From: an uncultured Candidatus Rokubacteria bacterium
GTDB lineage: Bacteria; Methylomirabilota; Methylomirabilia; Rokubacteriales; CSP1-6
Assembly: GCA_963754315.1 (NCBI GenBank)
Contig: CAVWFS010000013.1
Location: 192,765-256,764 of the forward strand
DNA length: 64,000 nucleotides
Reading direction: 5' to 3'
The notes beneath the pieces are model-generated. The model did not search any database. It was not told where the DNA came from and saw only the letters and a program-made list of their open reading frames with translations. A program made the translations under genes and the position numbers. Below, piece after piece: positions 63,112 to 64,000 of this stretch. How positions within the stretch are numbered: the first letter of the stretch is position 1; the number at the start of each line of letters is the position of its first letter.

Positions 63112-63909
63112 TCAGTTTCGACGCGGCATGCGAAGGGTCAGTCCGGCATCGACGGTCACGATCGTACCCGTGATGCCCCTGGCATGTGCTCGCGAAGCCA
63201 GAAACACATAGGCTCCCGCGAGATCGTCGGGCTCGAGCGCCATCTGCAGGGGGTTACCGGCCCGCAGCCGCTCCTCCGAGCCGGAATCCTCGAAATGTGA
63301 TCGCTCATGCTGATCCAGAGCGACCAGCCCCCGCAAGTCGGTTCTGGTCCCTCCCGGCGCGACCCCGTTCACCCGTATCCGTGGCCCCACCTCCGATGCC
63401 AGCTGCCGGATCAGGCCGGCCACCGCGTGCTTCGAGGCGGTATAGAGGACCCCGCCCCCACCGGAGTTCACGCTCGCCACCGATGCGGTGAAGACCATAC
63501 AGCCGGACGTCTTCATCAACTCGGGCAACGCCGCCTTCGCCCCCAGGATGCAGCCCTTGACGTTCACCGCGAACAGCTCATCACAGGCCGCGGACAGCTT
63601 GTCCTCGGGAAACTCGAGCAAGGGAACGAAGCGGTCGAAGACGCCGGCGTTGCCGACGAAGATATCCAGGCGGCCGAAGGCCTTCACGGTGGCGGCCACG
63701 GCTCGTTTGTTGTCATCGAGCTGCGTGACGTCCCCGGCCATGGTCACCGCCGCCTGGCCAAGGTCCGTCCGCAGCTGTTCCATCCTGGCGGCGACACGGT
63801 CCACGACGCCGACGCGTGCGCCTTCCTCGATGAAGCGCGTGACCACCGCCCGTCCGATGCCCGAGCCGCCGCCCGTCACCAGCGCCACCTGCCCATCGAG
63901 CCAGCCCAT
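63112..63909 (-). CDS. hcaB: cis-dihydrodiol dehydrogenase (HcaB/BphB-like)
   Basis: MGWL, TGGGSGIG, GNAG, GGGGVLYTASKHAV. Confidence 0.85.
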   Translation of the reverse strand: MGWLDGQVALVTGGGSGIGRAVVTRFIEEGARVGVVDRVAARMEQLRTDLGQAAVTMAGDVTQLDDNKRAVAATVKAFGRLDIFVGNAGVFDRFVPLLEFPEDKLSAACDELFAVNVKGCILGAKAALPELMKTSGCMVFTASVASVNSGGGGVLYTASKHAVAGLIRQLASEVGPRIRVNGVAPGGTRTDLRGLVALDQHERSHFEDSGSEERLRAGNPLQMALEPDDLAGAYVFLASRAHARGITGTIVTVDAGLTLRMPRRN

Positions 63910-64000
63910 GTCGATGACCTCGCTTGGCGAAGGGTCCGCCGTCACGGTCGGGGTCGACCCCGCCGTGCCTGGTGGTTTCACCAACTCATACACCATCCGG

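Noticed and set aside
63910..64000. N-terminal extension of hcaB
   Set aside because: The family start MGWL with a GAGG RBS fits ATG 63909; the upstream sequence is cut by the window edge and cannot be assigned.

Overview
A GC-rich bacterial chromosome segment with about 65 genes. The gene repertoire (many luciferase-like monooxygenases, Tat-exported binding proteins, exported cyclases) resembles soil Candidatus Rokubacteria/Methylomirabilota, which is an inference only. Many genes carry single-base frameshifts, most simply explained as long-read consensus errors. From left to right: a sigma54-driven glycosylation/export locus; assorted oxidoreductases and hydrolases; an exported 42-aa TPR-repeat protein with a membrane partner; a PotABCD-type transporter with two binding proteins; a central accessory island (about 29.3-33.9 kb); a ureide/pyrimidine catabolic cluster (pyrR, puuE, allA); a DUF433-DUF5615 toxin-antitoxin pair; a GH15; a two-component pair; a split molybdoenzyme; and an hca-like aromatic dioxygenase operon. 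The best candidate for an undescribed system is the central island. It is a co-oriented run of a small exported protein, an HTH-WYL-WCX regulator, a Cas4-like/DEDDy double nuclease (DUF2779 type) and a lower-GC, stand-alone phage tail-fibre-like protein. A second theme is that many intergenic gaps hold short gene-end remnants, two of them copies of intact genes elsewhere in the window. No rRNA, tRNA, CRISPR array, integrase or transposase was seen.
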